A stretch of DNA of 64,000 bases from Epiperipatus broadwayi. Lineage: Eukaryota; Animalia; Onychophora. Position numbers and translations under genes: made by a program. Shown here piece by piece: positions 14,190 to 26,340 of the stretch (within the stretch, counting starts at the first letter, position 1; each line of letters starts with the position of its first letter). A model generated the notes under the pieces. That model was not told the DNA's origin. It saw only the letters and a program-made list of their open reading frames with translations, and did no database searches. The DNA lies in NCBI GenBank assembly GCA_028023455.1, contig JAQFVV010000004.1:19530001-19594000 (forward strand), written 5' to 3'.

Positions 14190-15312
14190 AGGTAATATAA
14201 TAAAAGTTTTAGCAACTATTATTTAATTTCTATTTTTTGTAACACTCTATGTTTATTGTTTGTAACAACCCAACTAACTTTGCAATTAAATATAATGTTA
14301 ATTTAATTATGTTATATTAGACTTAATAGCAGGAAATTAAATTGCTAAATGGAAATTCTGCTACATATACATAGAAAAATAAAATCACAAACATTTAACA
14401 CAAAATCCATCATTTACTATCTTATTCAAGAGGAATATTAACTGTGACTATTTTGTACATTTTTTTAATTATTAGAAATTGTAATTAGTTATATGTAATT
14501 AAAAATATAATATTAATAATGTGGTGATAATCCCAAAGTTGGATTTGTCATGTCTCTTCCAACACTGAGTATGATTTATTATGTATTATAACTGAACCCA
14601 TATACTTTTGTTTACTGACCAAATAACAATTGGTTGGTAAATAAATAATTTTTTATTTATTTTCTGACATGAAATAGTTTAATTCAGAGCATATGATCTA
14701 CTAACTCTCTAAAAGGGTTAATTTTATTTTGTTTAATCACTCTGTAAACCTTTTTTTTCTATTATTATTAGCACTGTTTCAAAGACATAAGACTTAATAT
14801 TTATAATTATTTTATATTTTCTTAATTTTATCTTCTGGTCATCTCCTCCAGTGATTTTTTAATTGAATATTACACATTCAGGCATTATTTTATATAATGG
14901 AAATCATTCTGAATGTTCACAAACCATTTAAGTGATTTATGAATGTGTAATATTGGATGCACTATTTATGTAATATAATACAAATATACAAAAGTATCTT
15001 CATTATATTTAGTATATCTATGTGATCACATGTTTATGCTTTGAAGCATAAACATTTTTGATATAAAAGTTTCCATGTTATAATTTGAATTATGACATGG
15101 ACACTTTTATATCAAAAATTGATGTTAAAATTATTAGATTACCACTAAAAGTACCTCTCATTATCAAGTTATATAATTTGATTATTCAAAGTAAGGGAAA
15201 TATTGATTGATGTATTGGTTATGTTTCCCTGGTGGCAATCATGATTACTTTCCATTATTAACCATATCAGAGTTGGATAGTGAAAAATTTGTATTTTATT
15301 TATTTCTTAAGA

Positions 15313-15435
15313 CTTGAAATACGTATATTGGTGATTATTTATCTTTTTTACATGTGTGTGGTCATGTGTATCAGTAGTATGAGATAGTGTGGATAATTGA
15401 TGGCTGCTTGAAAGTCTGAGTTCAAATCCCTTATA
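15313..15435 (+). mobile_element. Family A single arm, 5'-truncated inside the HHR
   Basis: 16-bp TSD TATTTATTTCTTAAGA at 15297-15312 and 15436-15451. Begins CTT-GAAAT-ACGT-ATA-TTGG and follows the family A arm sequence. Confidence 0.85.
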
Positions 15436-16941
15436 TATTTATTTCTTAAGAAAAAAACTAGTTAGAGCTGGTTTTACTTTGCATAATCAATCTGAAAACA
15501 TTTTCTTCTGTTATTATAGCTTTGCTCCTAGCATAATTTTAGCGACATTATGACCTAACTTCCAATGATTAAATAATTATATTTATACAAATAATGTATT
15601 GTCATAATACAAAATTACTAATAATAATTTAGTAGCAAGTTATAAAAAATATAAAAAAATTATAAAAGATAATAAATCACATCAAAATAAGTATACATAC
15701 AGTAATTGCACTATAGTTTAAATAGTTAATATTTTCACACATATTTACAAGTAATTTAACTAATCAAATAATTAATTTGAATACCAAATCAAAACTGATT
15801 TTTCAATTAATCATTAATCTACTACTCAATAAAATTGACATTTTGTATCATTGCTAAACAGAAACAGGCAATAATTTAGTAGGGAAGTTTTATATAATTA
15901 AAACTTTCTCGTACCCAAAAATGATATTTCATCCAAAATATATATTAAATACATAACTTATTCTAGACTTTTAGAATTATAAAATGTAAATATAACATTT
16001 AATGGTTTTAACTTTGAAACTTTGTGTATTTTAAGTATTTAGCGTTTTATTAATATTCATAAAAAGAAATTCTTGCAAGATCAGGTTTTGCTTTTAAGTA
16101 AGCCTTTTTTATTCAACAGTTATTTTTTGCTTTCAACAACTCCCACTTTTAAAAATATTTATGATTTAGCATTACTTATTTAGGAAACAGGCACATTAAA
16201 GCTTCTTGCTAGGTTTCTTTGACCCCATTAATCTGTGTATTCTGCTTAAAATCATATTTTGGGTTAGCAGACTACCTGTCCCAAATAAAGAATTTTCCAA
16301 GTACAGAGATATCCAGTCCATAGGTGTGAGCCATGCATGGTTAGAGCAACCTTTTATTGTAGCTCATTTTATGAACGTTGCAAACTCAATGACACACTGG
16401 TTTCAGTCGGTTTTACTTTTGTACCATTGAAGCACAGCATGTAGTCATAGTTAGCAAAAGAGTAGTCAGTTGAGTTATTGCATAATAATTCTTTATATAA
16501 AAAGAATTTTCTAAGTTGTAGGGCAATTGGCAGATGGTTTCATCCATGTATAAAAATATATGCTTGTTCTATATATGTTAGTCATTAATATATTAATAAT
16601 TATTTTGAAATTATATTAATTATGTCTGCATATGAGTCAGAGAAAAAGAAAAAAAAAGCATATAACAACTATCATTTTTATAAGGATTGGGAAAAAAAAT
16701 ATTTTAAGAACAAATGTATTTATTTGAATTGTGATTCAACAGTTGCTGTGGGAGAAAAATGCAACACAGAACATTTTACAACAGTTCATGAAAAATATAA
16801 TACTGAATATTATTCTAACAGCAATTTAAGAAAAATCTAAAGTGAAAGAATTGAAAACCACATTAGTTGCCCAATAATCAATGTTCACCAAGTCTGTGAA
16901 TAAAACAAAAGTGCTTATTACTGCATCATTTGTGGTTGTAT

Positions 16942-19412
16942 TGTAACAGTCAAAACATGTCTATCTCACTAACACACTGCAGAATTTAAACCCAGGGCAT
17001 AGAACTCAACACTAGGACAGTTACCTCCCAGAAATCCCAAGTTCAAATCCAAAGTCCAAACTCCACAATGCCCTCTATGTGATAACACATTTGATGATAC
17101 TAATAGTATAATTTCATGCTGGTGCCGGTGATCAGGGAGAAAATAAAAGACTCTAAATCTAAAATAGCCCTAGGTTCATTTAACAATAACTTAGATATGT
17201 GCCCGAGATAAACCCACTATGGTATGTTACTTAAATTGCACTCCGAATAAAAGAGAAAAGAAATAAATTTGCAAATAATATTTTAATAATTAGATATAGA
17301 AAATAGTTTAGCTATATAAATTGGATAGCTATATACAATAAACAACAAGATGGCTGATACCTCATACTTGGGTTCGTTTAGATAACGTGTCTAAAATACA
17401 ATGACATGGTAGGTATATGCGAGTCACGTCAAGACTTTAACAGAATTTGAATATTCTAAAACTATATATAATTGGAATCTTAAATGGAGACCGAGAATCG
17501 CTCGTGGAGTGATTAACTAAATTATAAGATCGAGCTATACTGAACGAACGTAAAATTCATTTAAAATAATAGAATTCTTTTAAAATAATTATTAAGGGAA
17601 CTGTACGGTGGTGCCAGCGATATAACGCCGAGGAGGGGATGCAGTTTCTGAGTATGCAACTTTATAAATTATGAAAAGGTCTTGGCTTTGGATAGGCATT
17701 TCGCCTTTTATTTGGGGCATCTGGCCGCACCCAGGAGCTTCGTAACTGTGGGGACGTACGTGAAATAATTCTCATGTGCCATTATAGCACAGTACTGGGA
17801 ACCACGAAGTAAGTATATTCACTAGCAACACTTAAATTTTAAAATACACTTAGTAAAACAAAGGGCAAGTTATTAAAGAACAGAAATAGCTCACTCTCAA
17901 ATTTCATATTTTTAATGGCCAGCAGACTCTCAACAAAGCTTAGAGAAATAAATACTTATTCTAAAAAAATTTATGATACGTAAGAAATATTTTTAAACAT
18001 ATATAAATGATGGGAGGGGGATGCGTGTTTGCGGTTTAATAAACTAAGATGGCAACCATGCATTATTTAATTTCCCTACCTAACTCACATTTGCCTAAAG
18101 AAATTAATTAGATATTTCATTACAATACATATTTAAATAAGACATTTACAAATATATATATATAGAAAATCAACCCAAGCACAAGTTTAGCATGCATTAA
18201 AAAAACACTTGAATAAATACATATTAAGAAATATACAAAATTTATTAGCTATATAGCATGAAGGTTTCCGAGGTCTCGGGTTGATTTTAATTACCTCGTT
18301 CTTTCAGATATATCCATGGGCATTTTCAAATTTGTAACCGAGTTCTTAAGCAAAATTTGATTTTCCTAGGTTTGTTGTTCAGCAGCAGCAGTTAGTAGAT
18401 TTCAGGAGTAGCATTCTTATGGCTGGTTCAGTTGGGCTTGATGGTACGGTGACAGGACATCGGATGGTGAATGATGGATGGCCAAGGCACTGGCTCCCAA
18501 GGGAAAACAGCCTACTGCCCCTTTACCCCATCATTCTAAGGTGAAATGATTTCAAAACTTATTTTAAACTAACAAACAAGCCGGTCAATCTGATAACGCA
18601 AATAAAAAAAGCTATTAGAAAATATCAATTTCAAAATTACAGAATAACTTTTTGCTGTCGCAATATCAGGCAGATTAATTAATAACTATAATAATCTTAT
18701 AATAATCAAACAATAACCAATCAGCCCTATTTATATGCTCTCTCTGATTATAATCTAACCCTGCAGTGGTAAAATCCATTCCTTAAGTTATTAATAAATT
18801 GGAAAACACGGACTGCATTTTTAAATTAAATCTGCTCATAAGCACTGTTTTTAATCTTATCAAAATCTACTAGTAAAACTGGTGCCAATATAGTTAACAT
18901 TAGCCACTATTGTTCTTCCCCTATCCTCACTGATTAAAAAAAAAATGGCATGATTTTGAAAAACTAAATAAAGTTTTATATTTATAACTTTTTTGAATTT
19001 AATTTCCAGAATATATTTATCAGTGATATTATTTTATTAAATGCAAACAAATATAGTGAAATAACATCACAAAATAAACAGATTCAAAAACAACAAATTT
19101 TAAATACATATTTTCATAAAATTTAAATATTATCGCAGTATGTGTGTAGATGAGAATATGTGACCTACTTTATTGTACAAGCATATATACTTAATATATA
19201 TTCGACGGTTTGAAAATAAAACCATTTAAGACAATTTTAATTATTATAAAACCCCAGGCACCCCATTAGACATATAAATTTAGGCGGGATTTCAGTAAAT
19301 ATACACAGTACACACACAATACGATAAAATTAGGGTTTTAAATAAGGCATGAGGGTAGGAAACAGGAAGGCAAGGTGAAACTAAGATTGGTAAGGCATAT
19401 CTTACTGTTTCA
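16942..19412 (-). mobile_element. 2.47-kb solo LTR (family G2), sister to the LTRs at 42960 and 47782
   Basis: Minus strand starts TGAAACAGTAAGAT and ends ACATGTTTTGACTGTTACA. 4-bp TSD GTAT at 16938-16941 and 19413-19416. Removal restores the hAT coding sequence. Last about 200 bp align with G1 45365-45560. Confidence 0.85.
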
Positions 19413-20578
19413 GTATATATACTTTTAATGCACAATAAACATTTAGAGAATGGCAAAATAATTAAAAAAACAATGCTTGTGGGATGAGAGATATCACTTC
19501 AATAATTTAATAATAAAAATAGGATTATGTAAACTATCCAAGAAGTTCAATTATCTAGAAATTTAGTCACTCATAGAATAGAAGCAATATCTGAAAATAT
19601 CAAAACACTAGCAAAAAGTGATTTACAAAAATGTTTTGCTTCTAAGTTTACAGTGTGATGAATCAACAGACATCTGGAATGTAGTTCAAATAAATATTTT
19701 TATAAGAATAGGCTTTAATGATTGCTCAGCTAAAGAAGAAATAGTGTCAGTTTTACCATTAAAAGGAAAGACGTGATATACAGCACATTACTAAAAACCA
19801 CAATAAAGAAATTAATCTCCCATTTCAAAAACTTTTTATTATAACAACAGAAAGCACCCTACCATAATTGTTTTTGGTATTGGCTTCATCACATGCTGAG
19901 TTTCCAAACTTTTTTCACTACCACTGCATAATACATCAACAAGAATTATGTACAAAAGTGCTGTATTATGAACGCATTATGAAAGTTGTTCTAAAAAGTA
20001 TAAACTCTATTTATTCCAGATCACTCCAGAGCAAATTATTCAAAATATTAGCTGATAAAACTTTATGCTGAGTACGGAACTTTAATGTTACATTCAAAAT
20101 TTGATGGCTTGACCTACAATAACTTTTAGAATTTTTTCCAGAGATAAAACAATTTGTAGAATCCAGAAACTAGACTTAGAAGATATTAGTAATCATAGCT
20201 GGTTATCTGATTTAGCCTTTCTTACAGATAGAACAATAAAAATGAATATACTGAATTTTGAACTATAGAGAAACAAAAAACTTATTGAATTAATAAGAAG
20301 CGAAACACATTTAAATCAAATTTACATTTGTGGATATCCCAAATAAAGGAATTTTACTTTGATTACTTTTTTAATTTGAAGAATTATGTTAAGAAATATA
20401 AAATCGAAACAGAAAAGTATTCTGAAAATCTTACTGAACTTAAATATAATTTTGAAATTAAATTTTCTGATTTTCATAAAATTCAGCCAATTGCTTCATT
20501 CATTTTAAATCATATAGTATTAAATCATCCATGCACTTTATTACTGTTACACAGTGCTTTATTTACCACCTCTTTTAT

Positions 20579-20619
20579 AGTTAGTAGTTTCGATTGCGCC
20601 AGCAATCTTCTTCAGAACT
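20579..20619 (-). ncRNA. Type I hammerhead ribozyme motif (family F, left arm)
   Basis: Minus strand AGTT-CTGAAGA-A-GATTGC-TGGC-GCAATC-GAAAC-TA-CTA-ACT. Perfect 6-bp stem II, cleavage triplet region mutated. Confidence 0.75.
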
Positions 20620-20869
20620 TTTATATCTATAATATCAAAATCCACTCTTTTAAACTTTATAACAAAATATATATTTATTTGATTACAGTTCCAACTGCTC
20701 CCAGCAGTCTTTGTCAGATCTCCTAACTTCTACTGCTAAATTTAAATTTTAAAAATATCAGAACTTTTATATCTCCTAACTTCTATTGGTAAATTCAAAT
20801 TTTAAAACTGTTAAAAAAATTTAAATTTTTTAACATTTGAATTTAGCAGTAGAAGTTAGGAGATATAAA

Positions 20870-20907
20870 AGTTCTGAAGATTTCTGGGGCAATCGAAACT
20901 GTAAACT
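20870..20907 (+). ncRNA. Type I hammerhead ribozyme motif (family F, right arm)
   Basis: AGTT-CTGAAGA-TTTCTGGGGCAATC-GAAAC-T-GTA-AACT. Stem I AGTT/AACT, GTA triplet, stem II partly deleted. Confidence 0.7.
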
Positions 20908-21899
20908 GTAAAAGTGGGTGCTAAATAAAGCATTATGTAACAGTAGTAAAGTGCATGGATGATTTAATATTATATGGTATACATTTGGCAATGCAATAAG
21001 AAAGAGTAGTTCATTTTAAATCCATTTGTTGATACCAATATTTCTGAAATATTGCAACAGATTGAAAATATGATAAATAAAAATGCCACTAATAATTTTG
21101 ATTTTCAATCTGATCTATAATTAAAACAATATTATTGCAAACAGATTTTTGGACGCTTGTAAATGAAAAAAAAAAAAATCCACTTAAAAAAAAAAAATCA
21201 ATGATTAACTCCTGCTTTGAGTTAACTTACTTTTGCCAAACTGGTTTTTCAACAATGAACTTTTTAAAATCAAAGTTCAGATCCAGGATAATGAATGAAC
21301 ATCTGAATGACTGCATGTCTTCAGTTATAATATTGTATATACCATAATATAATAAACTAACAGATGACATGCTATGTCAGATTTCACATTAAAAAATATT
21401 TTTTCTATATTTAGTTTATATTTAAATTAGTAACAAATAGAAGTATAAGGGTATATAACTACATATTTTCTTCATCATATTAATTTTTTTTATTTGTGCA
21501 TTAAATATGTTTAAAATTGAAATATTAAAAGGGCAAAATTTATGTGTAGTTCACCTAAAAATTTTAAATTCTAAATTGGATCAAGTTAAGTTAAAGGTTG
21601 GGCACCACTGCCTAGAACACCACACTAAATGCTCCTGAGACAGTAATATTAAACATAAGGTTAATATGTATGCTATGATGATAAACTAAGGCAAAGGTCA
21701 ATCTTTGTTTCCTACTGTGATTTTCAGAAAATGAGGAATAGACCACTCATATGTATTTATTTTCTAATCTTATATATATATTCCCATCTATCTAGGCAAT
21801 AACTTGTCTACTTGTTGTTTGTAAGTTACAACATTTTATTTTTTATATGCTCAGCATTTTTTTTATCATTATTAAAAAGTGATGTAATACTTCTCTTGT

Positions 21900-24550
21900 C
21901 AATTTATCCTAACTCATCTTAAGATTACCCTCAAATAATAGATTTCTCCTTATTACAATTTTATTAAGTTCAGATTCAACATATAACAATACTGATCAAT
22001 AAAATAACAATAGAAGTAAAATAATCTGATATAAACAGACCAATTGGAATGCTAGTTCACTGAATCCAATTGTTTCCAGTAAAGATGGGTATCTTGCTAT
22101 AAACCAAGGGCCATATGAGAGAGAAATCAGACAACTTTCAGATATTCAGACAACTATCAGATCTTTGAATCTCTGAACATATATTGTTGATGTAAAATGC
22201 ATTGAGGCATACTCAAACCTGAATCAGGAAGCTGTTATCTACAAAACAGCCACTTAAGACTGAAAGTGTCTTGGTTCAAAAGGTAAGGTGCAGAATTTCT
22301 TCACAAACATTAGCTGTACTGAACTATTATGCAATTTATGTTTATATATACATTGTAACAAAATAAAAAGTTGCCCTACAGCATTTGGACAACATTTTGT
22401 TACTGACAAAAAAAATGATGATAAAATAACATTATTATCATTTAAGTCAGAGGTCCATTTGTAGTAGGATAAAATGAGAATATACTCTTCTTTTAATGCA
22501 CCACAGATTTGGGATCCATTTATCACAAATCAGGTAAGATAAAACCATAATAGAGTGATCCTGTTTAATCATGCTCTGTACATTGCAGTACAATTTGTAA
22601 TAGAATAAATATGTGCATATGCTAATCTCTGTCATGACCTTAATCATTTAGATAGCACTTGCAACAGGTCAAAAATGTGCAATGAAATAATAACTAATAT
22701 AACCTGAATAAAATATAGCTTAATCATTGGTCATCCTAAGTAACAGAATGAAAATGATTCCTGAAGTTGGACATCATATATAACTGAATAAAATGTAAAT
22801 CAAATAAAAATAATACTAATTTTATAATACCTTTAAATAACAATATTGTTCGTAGCAGAATAAATATAATATACTAAACTAAATGAATACCAATCAATAA
22901 TCATTTATTTAGTATTTAATATAGCAATTTGTTTAATCATATAAAACAAAACAATGATAATAGTTTTTATTATAGCATTATGAATTCAAATAGCATTTAG
23001 AATAGAAAACAAACAAGATTATCACTTCAGATACCCTAAATATAATCCTTACTTAAAATAGATTAAAGCAATTATATAAAATATCATTATCTAAAAACAA
23101 TGATATACACTTAAAATAGATTTCACTCATAAATGAATGAAAACAATAATTAAATCATCAAACAACTAAGTTCTAATACACCCAACTAATCAAACATTAC
23201 TTAGAACAGCTTGTACTAAAATTTAAAGATATTCATATCTAAGTAAAATAATTAATGAATGGTTAAGATAATAGTTTTAGTATATCTTATAAATTTACAA
23301 TGTTCACAATATCTAAATAGATACATGATCCTATAATTAATTTTAAATTTTAGTTTAATAAAATAATACTACCTTACCCATGCTATATTTTTATATTAAT
23401 TTACTATTATTAATCACATTATTTATAACAAGATAAAAGACAATAAAATGATAAATAATAAATTATATTAACTCAGCCATGCTATATTCTTATATTGACT
23501 TTACTCTTTCTAATTAAACTAGTTATAATAAAATAAAATATATAATAATGATGTAATATCAATGAACCTATTAAATAATCTTAAATCTTATAGTATCCAA
23601 TCATACCTGTTTATAAAAAAACAGTAGATTTCTATTGGACATTTACTTAAGTACAATTAACTAATCATATCAGTTTGTTTTAAATTTCATGTAACTAAAC
23701 TATTAAAATGTATATTAGTAAAAATCAGTCATATATCACATGATCTATATAGCTTGTATTACAATTATGTAATATATAAAGAGCCTGCTAATAGCTCTAA
23801 ACAAGCTTATTTATTTTATTTTTTATGATAAATGCTACAAGAGAAAATACCTGAAGCCTTTATCTATGATGGTATATTATAATCAAAACATATAAAAATT
23901 ATTAGCATTTATGTAATTAAGTATGAATATTAGAATTTAATAATTAATTGGATTGATGATCCACCTCAATTAAAATTAAATATAATTAAAGCAAATCATT
24001 CTGATTTATGACAGAACAAATAATTTAATACAATTAAGAGCAATCATGAACTTAACACAGTAATTATCTAAACAATAATAATTTAGATAAAACATACAAA
24101 TATTTAATTATTATTATTGTCATATAAAGTTTATATCTAATCGGATAATAACAATAGAATTCGATATAAAAAATAATATAACCATACTCACTTATTAATA
24201 CTGGAATTTGATTTCTGGATTATAGAATAATTATTTCAAATAAATTTTTATGATATATACAATTTATACTTTCTCACTCAAATGTTATCAAGCTATAAAA
24301 TCATTTGCACAACTGAACAATAACAATTTTATCTGATTTAAGTTAAATTCAAATTTATTAATAAATAGATATCAATTACATGATTAAAAATATGTATCTA
24401 TAATGAATAGATCATAAACAATATATACCTACACAATCTAATTGAATATACAATAGATCATTGATTTACAATTTTATATTTACATATGTAATTGCTTATT
24501 AATTTCCAATTATTTAATAAAATACTAAATATACATGTGTATATATCACA
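21900..24550 (-). pseudogene. Possible very decayed mitochondrial-type nad4/nad5 insertion
   Basis: Strong strand asymmetry (plus A/C-rich, G-poor). With TGA read as Trp the minus strand gives scattered ND4-like strings (WGG..IKF, RTMLLFKG, YM.CPTSG, AMYSAWLN, SDLN), but spacing is inconsistent. Confidence 0.25.
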
Positions 24551-26235
24551 AATGTGTTGCAAGACATTCCCACTTTCCAAAACATAAGAGTTTAAAATAT
24601 ATGTTCTTATATATTTTATATATTAATATATTAAAAAAAATCTAGTTCTTTGTTGGTAAAAATTTAAGAGAACAAAATAATGCTAGTACTTAGTACAATA
24701 AAATCTTTTTAAACTTCTAATGTACATGATATATTTGAAGTTAAATTTTTAATAACTAAAAAAAAATTGAATTTTTAAAATTAAAATAATAATTACTATA
24801 ACACAAGATATAGATTTAAACATAAAAAAAACATAGCTCTCTCATATTTTAGTATTCGAATAGATCATTAATTAACTTAACTTAAAGTTTATATATATTA
24901 TTTGTCAATAAATAAATTTACATTCTAAATAAAGATAAGCTCTCTCTCTCTATATATATATATATAATAGTGACAAATATAAATAAACAATCTGAAAGTT
25001 TTTATATACTGTATTTTCAGTATGGCATTACAGTTCCAATGTCAATATTTCCAACTGCAAAACCAACAATATGTTCTTATTCCAGAGAAGATCTAGTGTA
25101 TGTGTGAGAACTTTAAATTCAAAGTACATTTTGTTGTATTTTATATTTTATATATATATTCAACTTATTTTTTTTAAATGATAATTATTTGTTTTACATG
25201 ATGTTACACACATAAGCATTATTTTATATTTAGGATTATATGAGGAGAGGTCCTTTCATAAGCAAATATTATTTAACAACAATATGAATGATTAGATATT
25301 ATCTTTTATGATAGAAATTAAATGATTTCCATCTCAGAAAAATTTGATCAATTTAATAAAATCACACAGGCAAATAAATAGGACTCTTGTACACATTTGC
25401 TATTTATATTTTATTTTTAAAATATACATAACATCCATTTTTACTGAATAAAATATTCTGCTTGTTTACAATGTAATGAAGAAATTCAATGATTTTTTTA
25501 ATAATAAAGTTGTCATTTTCCCATAAAATTTCATCACTAAACTTCCCTGGTCTATAGAGTATGCAATATAGTTTCCTATCCCTCTATTTTTTTGAAGTCA
25601 ATTATATACTTTTAGGATAAATAAAAAAATTCATGCAAAGCAATTTATAGTTTTTTTTATTCAAAACAAAAAAAGAGAGAAATGTTTTTTATATTTTTCA
25701 GTTGTATTTATAAGATTTTCTTATTGATATCAGAGTAACTATAGTAATCATTTATATTCACTTATTAAGCCATTTCCGTAACATTCTCCTAATGAAAATT
25801 GTATTATTCAACTAATAAAAATAAATATTTGAGAAATCTTACATACAACCAAAATATTCATTTTTACAATAGCAATATTATTTTTTATTTCAACAAAACA
25901 TAAACAATCTACATATTGTCAACACATTACACTCAAAAAATATTTTTAAACATATCTCCTAGTATAATATTAAACAAATGAAAAGTACAAACATATTTGA
26001 AATATTAAACATTTATTTGTATTATTTATAATTTACTATCATGAATGCAGTAAATAATAACAATAAATTTTTTTTTATCCAAACCATATACTTTATTATT
26101 TACATATTTATTTTTCTTTTTAAAAATGAATAAAGTCAAATTATAATCTCATAAAACACAGCACAGTTAATTCTTCATAATTTAACATATCCATTATCCA
26201 AAAATCAAATAAGAAAGAAAAAAAAAGACTGACAT

Positions 26236-26340
26236 ATTGCCACATAAAACTCTCCATACAGAGTGTCACTCAGTGCAAGCCAGAGTAATTGCTTCTTTTA
26301 ATCACAGTTATGAGCAAACATAAGAAATAGTGATCATGTG
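26236..26340. mobile_element. Family B remnant (outer part of one arm plus tail), HHR deleted
   Basis: AAAACTCTCCATA..CACTCAGTGCAAGCCAGAGTAAT matches 27447-27490. CATAAGAAATAGTGATCAT resembles the tail at about 27777-27796 and also occurs at about 6205-6228. Confidence 0.65.

Larger units (their letters stand above)
20512..21009. mobile_element. Family F HHR foldback element inserted in the hAT transposase
   Basis: 13-bp TSD TTCATTTTAAATC at 20499-20511 and 21010-21022. Arms about 20512-20630 and 20861-20975, 34-bp tail 20976-21009, one HHR per arm. Confidence 0.85.
16340..21610 (+). mobile_element. Decayed hAT DNA transposon (Buster/SPIN, GTF2IRD2/EPM2AIP1-like transposase) split by two insertions
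   Basis: BED-finger-like N-terminus at 16622-16840. ASFVV..Y resumes as (I)LLMHNKHLENGKIIKKTML after removing the solo LTR. CDESTD and HCIIHQQELC motifs, C-terminal Q.SH-stop at about 21392. Right TIR AAAGGTTGGGCACCACTG at 21593-21610. Left end approximate. Confidence 0.85.

Noticed and set aside
22490-22570. GSQICGA as the cox2 CSEICGA copper site
   Set aside because: Only a short match. The upstream HSW and DA.PGR motifs are missing.
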